Part shown: in pieces, positions 1 through 8,052 of the stretch
Numbering within the stretch: the first letter of the stretch is position 1
Layout of the letters: every line of letters begins with the position of its first letter
Origin: Meiothermus sp.
Lineage (GTDB): Bacteria > Deinococcota > Deinococci > Deinococcales > Thermaceae
Reading direction: 5' to 3'
NCBI GenBank assembly: GCA_033762915.1
Contig: JANRLD010000003.1
Location: 1-39,472 of the forward strand
DNA length: 39,472 nucleotides
The notes under the pieces: generated by a model
What the model was told of the DNA's origin: nothing
Databases searched by the model: none
Seen by the model: only the letters and a program-made list of their open reading frames with translations
Position numbers and translations under genes: made by a program

Positions 1-144
1 CGCCCATTCAGTCAGCGAATACATGGGTCAGCGCGGAACAAACCCCGCCCTACCCACCCCTACGCTGTAGGGGTGGACTTCATGGTTATGCCTGCTGGCT
101 TTCGGAGTTGCTCCCAAAAACCCGACTTTGCGGTTGCCCTGATG
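1..144. mobile_element. Right part of a MITE-like element containing a REP-type palindrome; terminal inverted repeat at 123-144
   Basis: 1-58 is identical to 39415-39472. Hairpin CCCCTAC-GCT-GTAGGGG at 57-73. 123-144 (CGACTTTGCGGTTGCCCTGATG) is the exact reverse complement of 39340-39361. Confidence 0.8.
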
Positions 145-195
145 CGGGCCGGCTGTGCACAGACGGTTCGGCATAAACGGTGAATCTTGATGGCC

Positions 196-543
196 ATGCT
201 TGTACCCAACGCCAGTTTCGGCCCGGCCATCCAGGCCGCGCTGAACTGCCTGCAGGCCTGTGAATCCTGCGCCAAGCGCTGCCTCGAGGCCCCCGAGGTG
301 AGCGAGCTAACCCAGGTGGTCAGCCTGAGCTGGGAGTGCGCGGCGGCCTGCGACGGGGCGGCCAAGGCACTGCTGCGCGAGTCGCAGTACGCCCTGGAGT
401 GGGTCACGCTGTGCGCCAGTGTCTGCCAGGCCTGCGCCCTCGAGTGCGACAGGCACGCCCTGGCGCAGGTCTGCTGCGCACAGTGCGCGGCCGCCTGCCG
501 GGTTTGTATCGAGGCCTGTTCCAAGGTCACCCTGCTTTCGTGA
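196..543 (+). CDS. Four-helix-bundle Cys-rich copper storage protein (Csp/DUF326 family)
   Basis: 16 Cys in CxxxC/CxxC repeats in ~115 aa. Start could be 187, 190 or 196. Confidence 0.8.
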   Translation: MLVPNASFGPAIQAALNCLQACESCAKRCLEAPEVSELTQVVSLSWECAAACDGAAKALLRESQYALEWVTLCASVCQACALECDRHALAQVCCAQCAAACRVCIEACSKVTLLS

Positions 544-554
544 GGGCCAGCAGA

Positions 555-589
555 AAGGGGGCCTCGAGACGGTGTCTCGAGGCCCCCTT
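555..589. terminator. Perfect 16-bp hairpin between convergent genes (bidirectional terminator)
   Basis: AAGGGGGCCTCGAGAC-GGT-GTCTCGAGGCCCCCTT. Confidence 0.75.
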
Positions 590-604
590 CCACTTGAATC
601 CGCC

Positions 605-814
605 CTACCCCTTGGGGCCGGCCCCTCGAGACTTCCGCAGCGGCTTGCCTCGGTTCTCGGCCCACTCCTTGGCCTTGTCGGTTGCGATGGCGATCGCCCG
701 GCCTTCCTCGCTGCCCTCCTCGAGGAGGGCGTTGGCGATTTCGATGGCCTTGTTGCGAACCTCGGCGCGGAAGTTCTTGAGCGAGTCGGGGTAGTTCTCC
801 TTAGTCCAGGGCAT
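605..814 (-). CDS. Small YdaT-like general stress protein
   Basis: MPWTKENYPDSLKN...RNKAIEIANALLEEG.EEGRAIAIA signature; GGAGGT RBS; overlaps the uvsE 3' end. Confidence 0.75.
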   Translation of the reverse strand: MPWTKENYPDSLKNFRAEVRNKAIEIANALLEEGSEEGRAIAIATDKAKEWAENRGKPLRKSRGAGPKG

Positions 815-1802
815 TGCGACCTCCGCTGTAGAGGGGCGGGCCTTCTAGCGGGAGAACCGCCGGAGGCTCGGGCTGCGGGTGGGGCGGGGGGACGGGCAGG
901 TAGGCCGCGAAGACGCGGTCCCACTGGGCGCGAAGGTGGGCGATGGCGTACTCCTTTTGCTTGGCCTCGACCTCGAGCCAGGGCACCCCGCGCAGGCAGG
1001 AGGGGACGGTGTGGATCAGGTCGTGGTGGGCGGGGTCGTGGGGGGCGGAGCGGCCGTTGGAGAGGTGGACGATCTGCCATTCGGGGTGGGGCCAGGTTCG
1101 CCCAGCGGCCTCGAGGTACTGCCCCAGACTGGGGTCTTCGAAGCTCTCCAGGTGCTCGCGCACGAGGTGGTGGTGCAGGTCGAAGACCATCGGCACGCCT
1201 GTGCGCTGGCAAACCTCGAGGATGTCCTCGGCGCCGTAGGTGCGCTCGTCGTTCTCGAGGGTCAGCCTGGAGCGCACGCCGGGGGGCAGGTGGGTGATGG
1301 TGTCGACGAGTTGCTCAAGGCGGCCGGCCTTGCCGCCGTGAATGTTCAGGGCAGCCCAAGGCGAGCGCGCCAGCCCCATCCAGTCCATCAGCCGGGCCAG
1401 GTGCTCCAGCACCTGCACGCTGTTCTCGATCACGGTCTCGGAGAGGGAGTTGAGGGCGACGTACTGGTCGGGGTGCATCACCAGCCGCACGCCGTGCTTG
1501 AGGGCGTGGCGGCCGACCCAACTCAGGTCCTTGCGGAATTCCTCGAGGATCGAGAGGCCGACGCCGTCGGGCAGGTCGGCGAGGGGAAACAGGCTCGAGG
1601 GGATGCGGTACAAGCCGAAGCCGTGCTGGGCGCAGTACTCGATGGCGCGGACCAGCACCCTCAGGTTGTGGCGGTACAGCTCGTCCAGGATGCGCACCCT
1701 GGCGCTGACGGGGAAGTGTTTGTAGCGGGTCAGGGTGAGTGTGCGAAAGCGCACAGCGGTACTGTGGGTGATACAGACCAAGCCGAACTCGGGCGTGCTC
1801 AT
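801..1802 (-). CDS. uvsE: UV DNA damage endonuclease UvsE/UvdE
   Basis: YRIPSSLFP, MHPDQY, IHGG, LTLENDE, FDLHHH, VHLS and EVEAKQKE motifs. Confidence 0.92.
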   Translation of the reverse strand: MSTPEFGLVCITHSTAVRFRTLTLTRYKHFPVSARVRILDELYRHNLRVLVRAIEYCAQHGFGLYRIPSSLFPLADLPDGVGLSILEEFRKDLSWVGRHALKHGVRLVMHPDQYVALNSLSETVIENSVQVLEHLARLMDWMGLARSPWAALNIHGGKAGRLEQLVDTITHLPPGVRSRLTLENDERTYGAEDILEVCQRTGVPMVFDLHHHLVREHLESFEDPSLGQYLEAAGRTWPHPEWQIVHLSNGRSAPHDPAHHDLIHTVPSCLRGVPWLEVEAKQKEYAIAHLRAQWDRVFAAYLPVPPPHPQPEPPAVLPLEGPPLYSGGRNALD

Positions 1803-2260
1803 CGCGGGACTCCTCGGTGCTGCTTCTGGTGCGAAACCTTCATGCGCTGGTAGTCGGGGTCTTCCCGCACCCGCAGGTAGTAGCCCAGGAAGATGGTCGC
1901 TGCGGCCGCCTTCTGATGATCGGGGCCGTCGGGCCGCTCTTGGGGCGTGGGTCGCTCGAGCCTGCGGCTCGAGCGGTGATGGACGCCGCGCTTGGAGCGG
2001 GAGTAGCCCAGCTGCAAAAACTTGCGGGCCATGTCCATCCCCACGAAGTCGCCCTGGCCTAGGTACTCCCCGTACATGGCGTAGATCTTCTCGGCGGACT
2101 CCAGGGCCTGCTCAGGGGTCTGAAAGCGCCAGTGCGGCAGAAGCTCGCTCTTGTAGGGCTCTACCAGCAGCACGCCTTCCTCGCCCCGCCCCACCCGGTA
2201 CAAGTGGGGCTGAAGGCGAAAGTTGATGCCCCGGTAGAGCTGTGCATAACGGATGCTCAT
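1799..2260 (-). CDS. DUF4385 family protein
   Basis: YRVGRGEEGVLLVEPYKSELLPHWRF and DFVGMDMARKFLQLGY. Start trimmed to ATG 2260; ATGA overlap with uvsE. Confidence 0.85.
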   Translation of the reverse strand: MSIRYAQLYRGINFRLQPHLYRVGRGEEGVLLVEPYKSELLPHWRFQTPEQALESAEKIYAMYGEYLGQGDFVGMDMARKFLQLGYSRSKRGVHHRSSRRLERPTPQERPDGPDHQKAAAATIFLGYYLRVREDPDYQRMKVSHQKQHRGVPR

Positions 2261-2292
2261 GCGAATCCTCTCCGCGCCCGGGAGCGACGACG

Positions 2293-2748
2293 CTAGTGAG
2301 ATAAATCCCGTCCAAACCAGTGCGCCGGAGCCTGTGACTGCTGGCTGTGCTGCACGTAGTCCAGGGCCCTGAGGATGAATTCCAGCTCGAGGGCCTGTCC
2401 CTCCAGGAAGCGAGCATTCTCGGCCCCGCCGTCCATCACTACACGCCAGGCCACCCAGGTCTGGTCGCGCAGCTCGGAGCAGGCCACTGCGATGGCCTCG
2501 AGGTCGGCCCGAGCGGCGGGGTGTACCGGCGGCGCGGCGGCCCCCTCTTGGCGCAAGGCCACGCGGTAGCGCTCGAGGCTGGTGCTTAGCAGGCGCAGCA
2601 GCAGCCGCTCGCGGCTGTCCTTCCACACCCGGCGGCGCTCGAGGTCACGCAGCGCGCTTTCGCACAGGGCCTCGAGGCGGCTGACCTGGGCGGCCCGGTC
2701 CCGCAAGACCTCGCGGACCGCCTGCTGGGCGCCGGGAAGAATGGTCAC
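2293..2748 (-). CDS. Hypothetical helical protein (151 aa)
   Basis: GTG start with GAGG RBS just after the upstream stop codon; sits in operon with DUF4385/uvsE. Confidence 0.6.
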   Translation of the reverse strand: MTILPGAQQAVREVLRDRAAQVSRLEALCESALRDLERRRVWKDSRERLLLRLLSTSLERYRVALRQEGAAAPPVHPAARADLEAIAVACSELRDQTWVAWRVVMDGGAENARFLEGQALELEFILRALDYVQHSQQSQAPAHWFGRDLSH

Positions 2749-2752
2749 GGCC

Positions 2753-2971
2753 TCACCCCCCGGCGGTCCGTGCGCAGGCGGCCTCGAGCTGTTCGGCGTG
2801 TTTGGCCTCGAGAACGGCTTGCAGGAGTTGGTCCTCTGCGTCCGCAAGTCGAGCCAGCTCGAGCGTGGCATAGTCGACCCGCCAGCCCGCGACCGCGACC
2901 ACCAGCCCGGTGTCGTCGGTCACGTCGCGGCGCACCTTCTGCCCCAAGGTCTGCTCGATGGGTCTGCTCAT
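2753..2971 (-). CDS. Hypothetical protein (72 aa), leaderless first gene of the uvsE operon
   Basis: TAGAGT -10 six nt before ATG; operon spacing. Confidence 0.65.
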   Translation of the reverse strand: MSRPIEQTLGQKVRRDVTDDTGLVVAVAGWRVDYATLELARLADAEDQLLQAVLEAKHAEQLEAACARTAGG

Positions 2972-2977
2972 GGGGCG

Positions 2978-3031
2978 ACTCTAGTCCGGGGCACTGACCT
3001 ACCGCTGAGCCGAGTTTGAGAACAGGCTGAG
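2978..3031 (-). promoter_or_regulatory. Phased-box promoter for the uvsE operon
   Basis: Boxes TGAC/TGAG on + at 2995, 3006, 3017, 3028 (11-bp period), 11-nt gap, -10 TAGAGT (2978-2983). Confidence 0.75.
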
Positions 3032-3088
3032 TGCCTGCATGAGCGTAACGCTGAGTAACGTTGAACTGTGTGCAGAACACGATTATTC

Positions 3089-3120
3089 ATCAGCAGAAAC
3101 TCAGCTTAAAGACTCATACT
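3089..3120 (+). promoter_or_regulatory. Phased-box promoter for the HMA-like operon
   Basis: ATCAGC 3089, CTCAGC 3100, 11-nt gap after CTCA, CATACT 3115-3120. Confidence 0.6.
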
Positions 3121-3140
3121 TCGCGCCATAAGGAGCAGAC

Positions 3141-3392
3141 GTGGTTAACTCGAGACGTTGGCCTATGAGCAAGACCAAACCTACGGGCAGAGTCACCCTG
3201 CCGGTTTTTAATCTGGGCGGCAGCCAGGGGCGCGCACGGCTGTTGCAGCACCGGCTGGAGCGGGTGGGGGGCGTGGAAAGCGCCTACGTCAGCCTCTCTA
3301 CCGAGATGGCCTACATCGTCTACGACCCCGAAGAAATCGCCCTCGAGGCCCTTCGCAAGCGCCTCGAGCAGCTCGACACCCCCAGCGGCTGA
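3141..3392 (+). CDS. Heavy-metal-associated (HMA/CopZ-fold) domain protein lacking CxxC
   Basis: LERVGGVESAYVSLSTEMAYIVYDPEEI pattern typical of HMA; AAGGAG RBS before GTG 3141. Confidence 0.7.
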   Translation: MVNSRRWPMSKTKPTGRVTLPVFNLGGSQGRARLLQHRLERVGGVESAYVSLSTEMAYIVYDPEEIALEALRKRLEQLDTPSG

Positions 3393-3402
3393 GCGGGAAA
3401 TC

Positions 3403-3585
3403 ATGAGCGACCCTCACGCCACCCTGGCCCGCCTCGAGACCGACCTGCTCGAAGCCCTGGGACGCCTCCAGTGCTGCCCCGGCATCGCGCCGGAGCGCAA
3501 GGCGGTGCAGCGGCTCGAGCTGACGGTGATGCTGGAGTACGTGCGGGAACTACGCCAAGACGTTTGTGCGCCGTTCCAGGCTTGA
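3403..3585 (+). CDS. Hypothetical protein (60 aa)
   Basis: ATG 10 nt after the previous stop; GC3-rich codons. Confidence 0.55.
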   Translation: MSDPHATLARLETDLLEALGRLQCCPGIAPERKAVQRLELTVMLEYVRELRQDVCAPFQA

Positions 3586-3677
3586 GGCCGAGAGGCTATT
3601 GGCGAGCGGGAGTGGGCCGAAGGTAAGCCGACCGGGGCGCCTGCGGGGGAACTGTTGTGTCGGTCTGCGAGGAAACT

Positions 3678-4037
3678 ATGGCCACCGTCTACGCCCTTTT
3701 CAACGACCTCGAGGCCCTCGAGCAGGCCCGGGCCGGTCTCGAGGGCGCCCGCGTGATCCCCGGCCTGGCACTGCAGGGCGAGGTCGGGGTGGAGCGGCCG
3801 ATGGAGCCCGAGCAAGGCCACGCAGGCCGGGCCACGCTGGACTCGACCAAGCTGGTCGAGGGCCACACCCTCGAGGACGAGCTGATCGAGCGGGGCGTGC
3901 CGCCGGAGTCGGGCCGGATGTTTGCCGACGCCCTGCGCTCGGGGGCCGGCCTGCTGATCGTGGAGGGCGACCCCGCACTACTGCGTGGGCGGCTGATCGA
4001 GTCGGGCGCGGGCCACGTCTCAGGTGGGCGAGGATGA
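3678..4037 (+). CDS. General stress protein (YflT/17M-like)
   Basis: VYALFNDLEALEQA...LIERGVPPESGRMFADALRSGAGLLIV pattern; GAGGA RBS. Confidence 0.65.
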   Translation: MATVYALFNDLEALEQARAGLEGARVIPGLALQGEVGVERPMEPEQGHAGRATLDSTKLVEGHTLEDELIERGVPPESGRMFADALRSGAGLLIVEGDPALLRGRLIESGAGHVSGGRG

Positions 4038-4222
4038 GGTGTCGCCACTTGCCCTCGAGTGGGCTGCCATCAGACCGGCCTGCTCGAGGGGTCGTCTTTC
4101 ACCTCGGCGGCACCTTGAACAAGTAGAGATACTCAAAGTGGGCCAGCCTCGAGAAGGACCGGCCGCTTGTGGGGTACACGGGGGGAATCTGGAAGTCTAG
4201 GGCTCGAATGGCCAAAAGACCG

Positions 4223-4249
4223 ACCCCCAGCGAGGCAGAAGCTGGGGGT
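4223..4249 (-). terminator. Hairpin with U-tract on the minus strand
   Basis: ACCCCCAGC/GCTGGGGGT 9-bp stem, followed on - by CGGTCTTTT. Confidence 0.55.
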
Positions 4250-4419
4250 ATATCCGACGGTAGTTTTTGGGCTCTGTCTGTGGTGCGGGTGCCCGGGTCC
4301 GGGAGCAGCTGGAAATCCCAACAGCGCCGCGCGGTCCACTTCTTTCACCCCCTTCCGCCGTACGGCCCTGACGCTAGACCTTGGAACCTCGAGCTACCCT
4401 GCCCTTGGATTCCTCATCA

Positions 4420-4473
4420 ATCTTATGAGGGCCAACTGAGCCGGGACTGATGGCCGGCTGAGTGGCCGCTGAG
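4420..4473 (-). promoter_or_regulatory. Phased-box promoter with no clear protein gene downstream
   Basis: TGAG/TGAT at 4426, 4437, 4448, 4459, 4470; -10 TAAGAT (4420-4425) 11 nt from box 4437. Confidence 0.65.
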
Positions 4474-4484
4474 GAACCGGGCCG

Positions 4485-4538
4485 ATCAGTCCCCCCTCAG
4501 AGTCCGTTCAAGTCCGGCTCAGACCCCCGCTCCATAAT
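4485..4538 (+). promoter_or_regulatory. Phased-box promoter for the TPR gene
   Basis: ATCA 4485, CTCA 4496, TTCA 4507, CTCA 4518, 11-nt gap, CATAAT 4533-4538. Confidence 0.75.
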
Positions 4539-4559
4539 CCTTCTCGACGGAGGTAAAAT

Positions 4560-5093
4560 ATGCGAAACAAACTCATGCTTGGCGTGGGCGTAGGGGTCTG
4601 CGCGGTATTTTTCGCTACGGCTGCGGCGCAGTCTGACTGGCACTTTGTCCCCATGGTACAGGTCGAGAGCGGCCTGCAGGCGAACCAGTACCACGCCCGC
4701 GCCCTGGGCCTAATGGAGCTGGCCGACACCACCTACAGCCCCGACTTCTTCGACCAGTTCGTGTGGCAACAGGCGCTGGCCTACGCCAACGCCGCACTGC
4801 AGGCTGAGCCCTCCAGCCTCCAGTACCTTCGCACGATGGCGGTGGGCTACACCCGGACCCAGTTCTGGGCTCAGGCCTACAACCTGTGGCGTCAGCTCGA
4901 GCAGGGCGGAGACCTCAAGGTCCAAGACCGCCCCTACGCCGCACTGGCCGCCGCTAAGATGGGCTACCTGTGCCTGACCAGTGGCGCACCCCAGGAGTCG
5001 GCGCACTACTTCGAGGAGTCGCTGCGCTGGCAGGAGCAGCCCCAGGTCCGGGCGCTGCTGGAGCGGGTCCAGACGGAAGTGGGTGGCCAGTGA
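4560..5093 (+). CDS. Secreted TPR-like protein
   Basis: Signal peptide (..ATAAA/Q), TPR-like helices, GGAGGT RBS. Confidence 0.7.
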   Translation: MRNKLMLGVGVGVCAVFFATAAAQSDWHFVPMVQVESGLQANQYHARALGLMELADTTYSPDFFDQFVWQQALAYANAALQAEPSSLQYLRTMAVGYTRTQFWAQAYNLWRQLEQGGDLKVQDRPYAALAAAKMGYLCLTSGAPQESAHYFEESLRWQEQPQVRALLERVQTEVGGQ

Positions 5094-5512
5094 GCCGGGT
5101 CGTGGCCGCCTTCGAGCGGCCACAGCACCTCGAGGAGGCCCTGCACCTTCTGGCCGGGGCGGGCCGGCTGGGGCGGGAGTTTCAGGTCCTGACAGCCTAC
5201 GACGACCTGAGCTTCAATGCCCGGCCGGCCTTCATGGCCGACGGGGTGAACCTCGAGCCCTGCACCCGCTGTGTGCCGCACAAGCTGGTCGAGGCCACGC
5301 TGATGCGGGAGGGGCTGGCCTTCGGCGACAACCGCCTCATCACCGACCTGATGCACGAGGGCGGGGTGGCCCTGATCGTGGGTCTGGTCAGCGGCGACTG
5401 GGACTATCTCGAGCTGTTGCGCAAGGCGGGGGCCGCCCACGTGGTGATGCTGGCCGACGCCGAGGCCGCGCCGCCCATCCGCCCCGCCAGCGCCGCCGTC
5501 CAACAACCCTAG
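5090..5512 (+). CDS. Hypothetical general stress protein (YflT-like, resembles 3678-4037)
   Basis: GTGA overlap with the upstream stop; VVAAFERPQHLEEAL...LMHEGGVALIV. Confidence 0.6.
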   Translation: MSRVVAAFERPQHLEEALHLLAGAGRLGREFQVLTAYDDLSFNARPAFMADGVNLEPCTRCVPHKLVEATLMREGLAFGDNRLITDLMHEGGVALIVGLVSGDWDYLELLRKAGAAHVVMLADAEAAPPIRPASAAVQQP

Positions 5513-5600
5513 GCGATCACACCTGGGCTAGCCAAAGAGTGGTCCAGGATCGGGCGGATTAAGCCCGCCGTCGAGAGGGTCTTTTGAACTGGCAGGATGG

Positions 5601-5706
5601 ACAGCGGTTCCCACCCTTGCGCCTCACGCGGTGATGCGCTGAAGCGGGCGTAATGTACCCCGCACATCAGAGTCTCTGCGTGCGGGGCATTCGTGGGAAC
5701 CGCTGT
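5601..5706. repeat. 106-bp MITE-like intergenic element with perfect 14-bp inverted termini
   Basis: ACAGCGGTTCCCAC ... GTGGGAACCGCTGT; right half nearly identical to 20294-20341. Confidence 0.75.
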
Positions 5707-5769
5707 GACAGGCTCCAGACTACTCCCGGCCCCGACGGCCGGAACGTGGCGGGCTTGGAGCAGATGCCG

Positions 5770-6213
5770 CTACCCCTTGGGGATGATGGTGATGGTGCCC
5801 GAGCGCTCGAGTACCGCGTACTTGATCTGCTCCATCCGCTCGAGGCCCTGCAGCTCTCTGGCGGCCTCCATCACATCCTCGGCGTCCACCCTCGAGCGCC
5901 GCATCCGGTCCTCGAGGGGACGCCCGTCCTCCACGATCACCAGGGGCACGTCGTCGATCAGCCGGGCCACCCACCTCGAGCGCTGCTTGAGGAGCGACAG
6001 AGCGATGTCTGCCCCCACCAGCGTGAGCACCAGCACGAAAGCGTTCGTGAGCGAGTAGTTCTCGCCCACCATGGCGTTCTGCACCGCCTCGCTGATAACT
6101 AGCAGCAGCACCAGGTCGAAGACGGTGATCTGGGCCAGGGTGCGCCTGCCGCTGATGCGCATGACCAGCATCAGGAAAAGGTAAACCGCCAGGGCACGGA
6201 CGATCGACTCCAT
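5770..6213 (-). CDS. DUF421/YetF family membrane protein
   Basis: [25 protein letters not shown] and [15 protein letters not shown] motifs. Confidence 0.88.
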   Translation of the reverse strand: MESIVRALAVYLFLMLVMRISGRRTLAQITVFDLVLLLVISEAVQNAMVGENYSLTNAFVLVLTLVGADIALSLLKQRSRWVARLIDDVPLVIVEDGRPLEDRMRRSRVDAEDVMEAARELQGLERMEQIKYAVLERSGTITIIPKG

Positions 6214-6241
6214 ACGACACCTCTGGCGGCCGGAGCGCCGC

Positions 6242-6757
6242 TTACGGATAGACCCACTGGCCGAACTCCACCCGCCCGCCGCCCTCGAGTTCCACCCAGC
6301 CCCGCAGGGCGCCGACCTCCTCGGCCTCATAGGCGAACCTGACTTCAGCCGGCCGGTCCGCGCCGGGGGCGACGCTGAAGGTGTAGATCACACGATCCGG
6401 GCGGAGTTCCACCGACTCGGGTTGGGGGGTGACGGCGTTCAACCGGACCCCCGCGAGCCATTCTTGGCTCAGCGCCAGCCTCACCCTGTCGCCACCGGCG
6501 GCAGGGGCCTGTGGGCTGAGCCGTACCTCGAGGCTCAAGGGTTCGAGGTGGTGGAGCAGCCGAACGTACTCGAGGCTGAGCCCTTCCCCGTCGGCCCGCC
6601 CACCGCCCAGGGGTCCTCCCCTGCCCAGAAGGCCCAGCACGGCCAAAAGCAGGCCGAGCAGCATTACCCACCAGCCCGCCAGCTGTGCCCGCCACTGGCG
6701 ACCCTCGAACTCCAGATCCTGGGCCACCTCGAGGCCGCCCGCCTGCCGCTCCGCCAT
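6242..6757 (-). CDS. Conserved-type hypothetical membrane-anchored protein, partner of DUF421
   Basis: Single TM ([18 protein letters not shown]); C-terminal FGQWVYP; GGGGTGA RBS. Confidence 0.7.
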   Translation of the reverse strand: MAERQAGGLEVAQDLEFEGRQWRAQLAGWWVMLLGLLLAVLGLLGRGGPLGGGRADGEGLSLEYVRLLHHLEPLSLEVRLSPQAPAAGGDRVRLALSQEWLAGVRLNAVTPQPESVELRPDRVIYTFSVAPGADRPAEVRFAYEAEEVGALRGWVELEGGGRVEFGQWVYP

Positions 6758-6898
6758 TCCAATTCACCCCTTTGCCCCACCTTAGTCCCCCCCCTCGAGG
6801 TACGACTGTGAGGCCCTGCACGACTCCGGCCAAGCCTCAGGCGGCCCAAGGCTGACACTCAGCCGTCGGCCCCTACCGAGCGGCCTCCAGAAGAAGGG

Positions 6899-6952
6899 TT
6901 CAGCGGCCGCTCAATCCCGGCTCGGGGTCGGCTCAGCCTGCTTAGGTACCCT
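6899..6952 (+). promoter_or_regulatory. Phased-box promoter for the MBL/AI-2E operon
   Basis: TTCA 6899, CTCA 6910, CTCG 6921, CTCA 6932, 11-nt gap, TACCCT 6947-6952, ATG 8 nt later. Confidence 0.75.
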
Positions 6953-6960
6953 CAGGCTCT

Positions 6961-7929
6961 ATGCCCGAAACCACCGCCAAGATCGAGACCGCGAGCCGCC
7001 GCCGACGCCCGCTCACCCAGAAGGTGGGGGCCGAAGTCTTCGTACTGCCGCTGCCGATCGTAAACGTCTACTTCGTACAGGGCCCGGCGGGCTGGGTGCT
7101 GGTGGACGCGGGGCTGACCGGCACCGCCTCGCACATCCGGCGGGCCGCCGCAGAGCGCTTCGGGGGAGGCACCCGGCCGCTGGCGATCGTGCTGACACAC
7201 GGGCACTTCGACCACGTGGGCGCACTCGAGCCCCTCTTGAATGCCTGGGAGGTGCCGGTCTACGCCCACCGCCTCGAGCTGCCCTTTCTGACCGGAAAAG
7301 CCGACTACCCCCCACCCGACCCCAGCGTGGGCGGGGGCCTAATGGCCGAGTTGTCCTTCCTCTACCCGCGCACCGCGCTCGATCTGGGCGGCAGGGTGCG
7401 GGCGCTCGAGGTGGACGGCACCGTGCCGGGGCTGCCGGACTGGCGCTGGATCCACACCCCCGGCCATAGCCCCGGCCACGTCTCGCTCTTCGACGAAGGC
7501 GACCGCCTGCTGATCGCGGGCGACGCCTTCGTGACCACCCGGCAGGAGTCGGCCTACGCCGCGCTCTCCAAGCCCCAGGAGGTCAATGGCCCGCCGGCCT
7601 ACTTCACGCCGGACTGGGTCTCGGCCAGGGCCTCGGTCGAGGCGCTGGCCCTGCTCGAGCCCGAGACCGCCGCCACCGGCCATGGCAGGCCCATGAAGGG
7701 GGTCCCGCTGCGCGAAGGGCTGGCCAGGCTGGTGGAAGAGTGGGACCGGCTCGCCCAGCCCCCCCGGGGCCGCTACGTGGCCCAACCCGCCGTCAGCAAC
7801 GAGGAGGGCATCGTCTACCTTCCGCCGCCCCTCGAGGACTCCCCCCAGCCCGGCCTGCTGGGCGGCCTGAGGCGGATCGCGGTCCGCACCGCAGCGGCGG
7901 TCCGCCGCATCTCCGACTCGGGAGTTTAG
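6961..7929 (+). CDS. MBL-fold metallo-hydrolase
   Basis: THGHFDHVG, HTPGHSPGH, AGDA and TGHG motifs. Confidence 0.92.
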   Translation: MPETTAKIETASRRRRPLTQKVGAEVFVLPLPIVNVYFVQGPAGWVLVDAGLTGTASHIRRAAAERFGGGTRPLAIVLTHGHFDHVGALEPLLNAWEVPVYAHRLELPFLTGKADYPPPDPSVGGGLMAELSFLYPRTALDLGGRVRALEVDGTVPGLPDWRWIHTPGHSPGHVSLFDEGDRLLIAGDAFVTTRQESAYAALSKPQEVNGPPAYFTPDWVSARASVEALALLEPETAATGHGRPMKGVPLREGLARLVEEWDRLAQPPRGRYVAQPAVSNEEGIVYLPPPLEDSPQPGLLGGLRRIAVRTAAAVRRISDSGV

Positions 7930-8052
7930 CGGCTGCTGGTTCCTGAAAAGGACGGGGAAAGTGACCCGACTTTGGGGCCGAAGGTGGCTGGTGCCAGGCC
8001 CCGACAAGCCGTGCAGAAGACCCCTCAGCTCTTGCCCCAGTTGGCGCCCCCT

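Noticed and set aside
150..195. Phased-box promoter for the Csp gene, also tested at 12414, 14752 and 14968
   Set aside because: Boxes or -10 too degenerate or wrongly spaced to claim.
4426..4521. CRISPR array or iterons
   Set aside because: Only 4-6 nt conserved per 11-bp unit; no cas or rep gene; fixed spacing to -10 elements fits regulator boxes.
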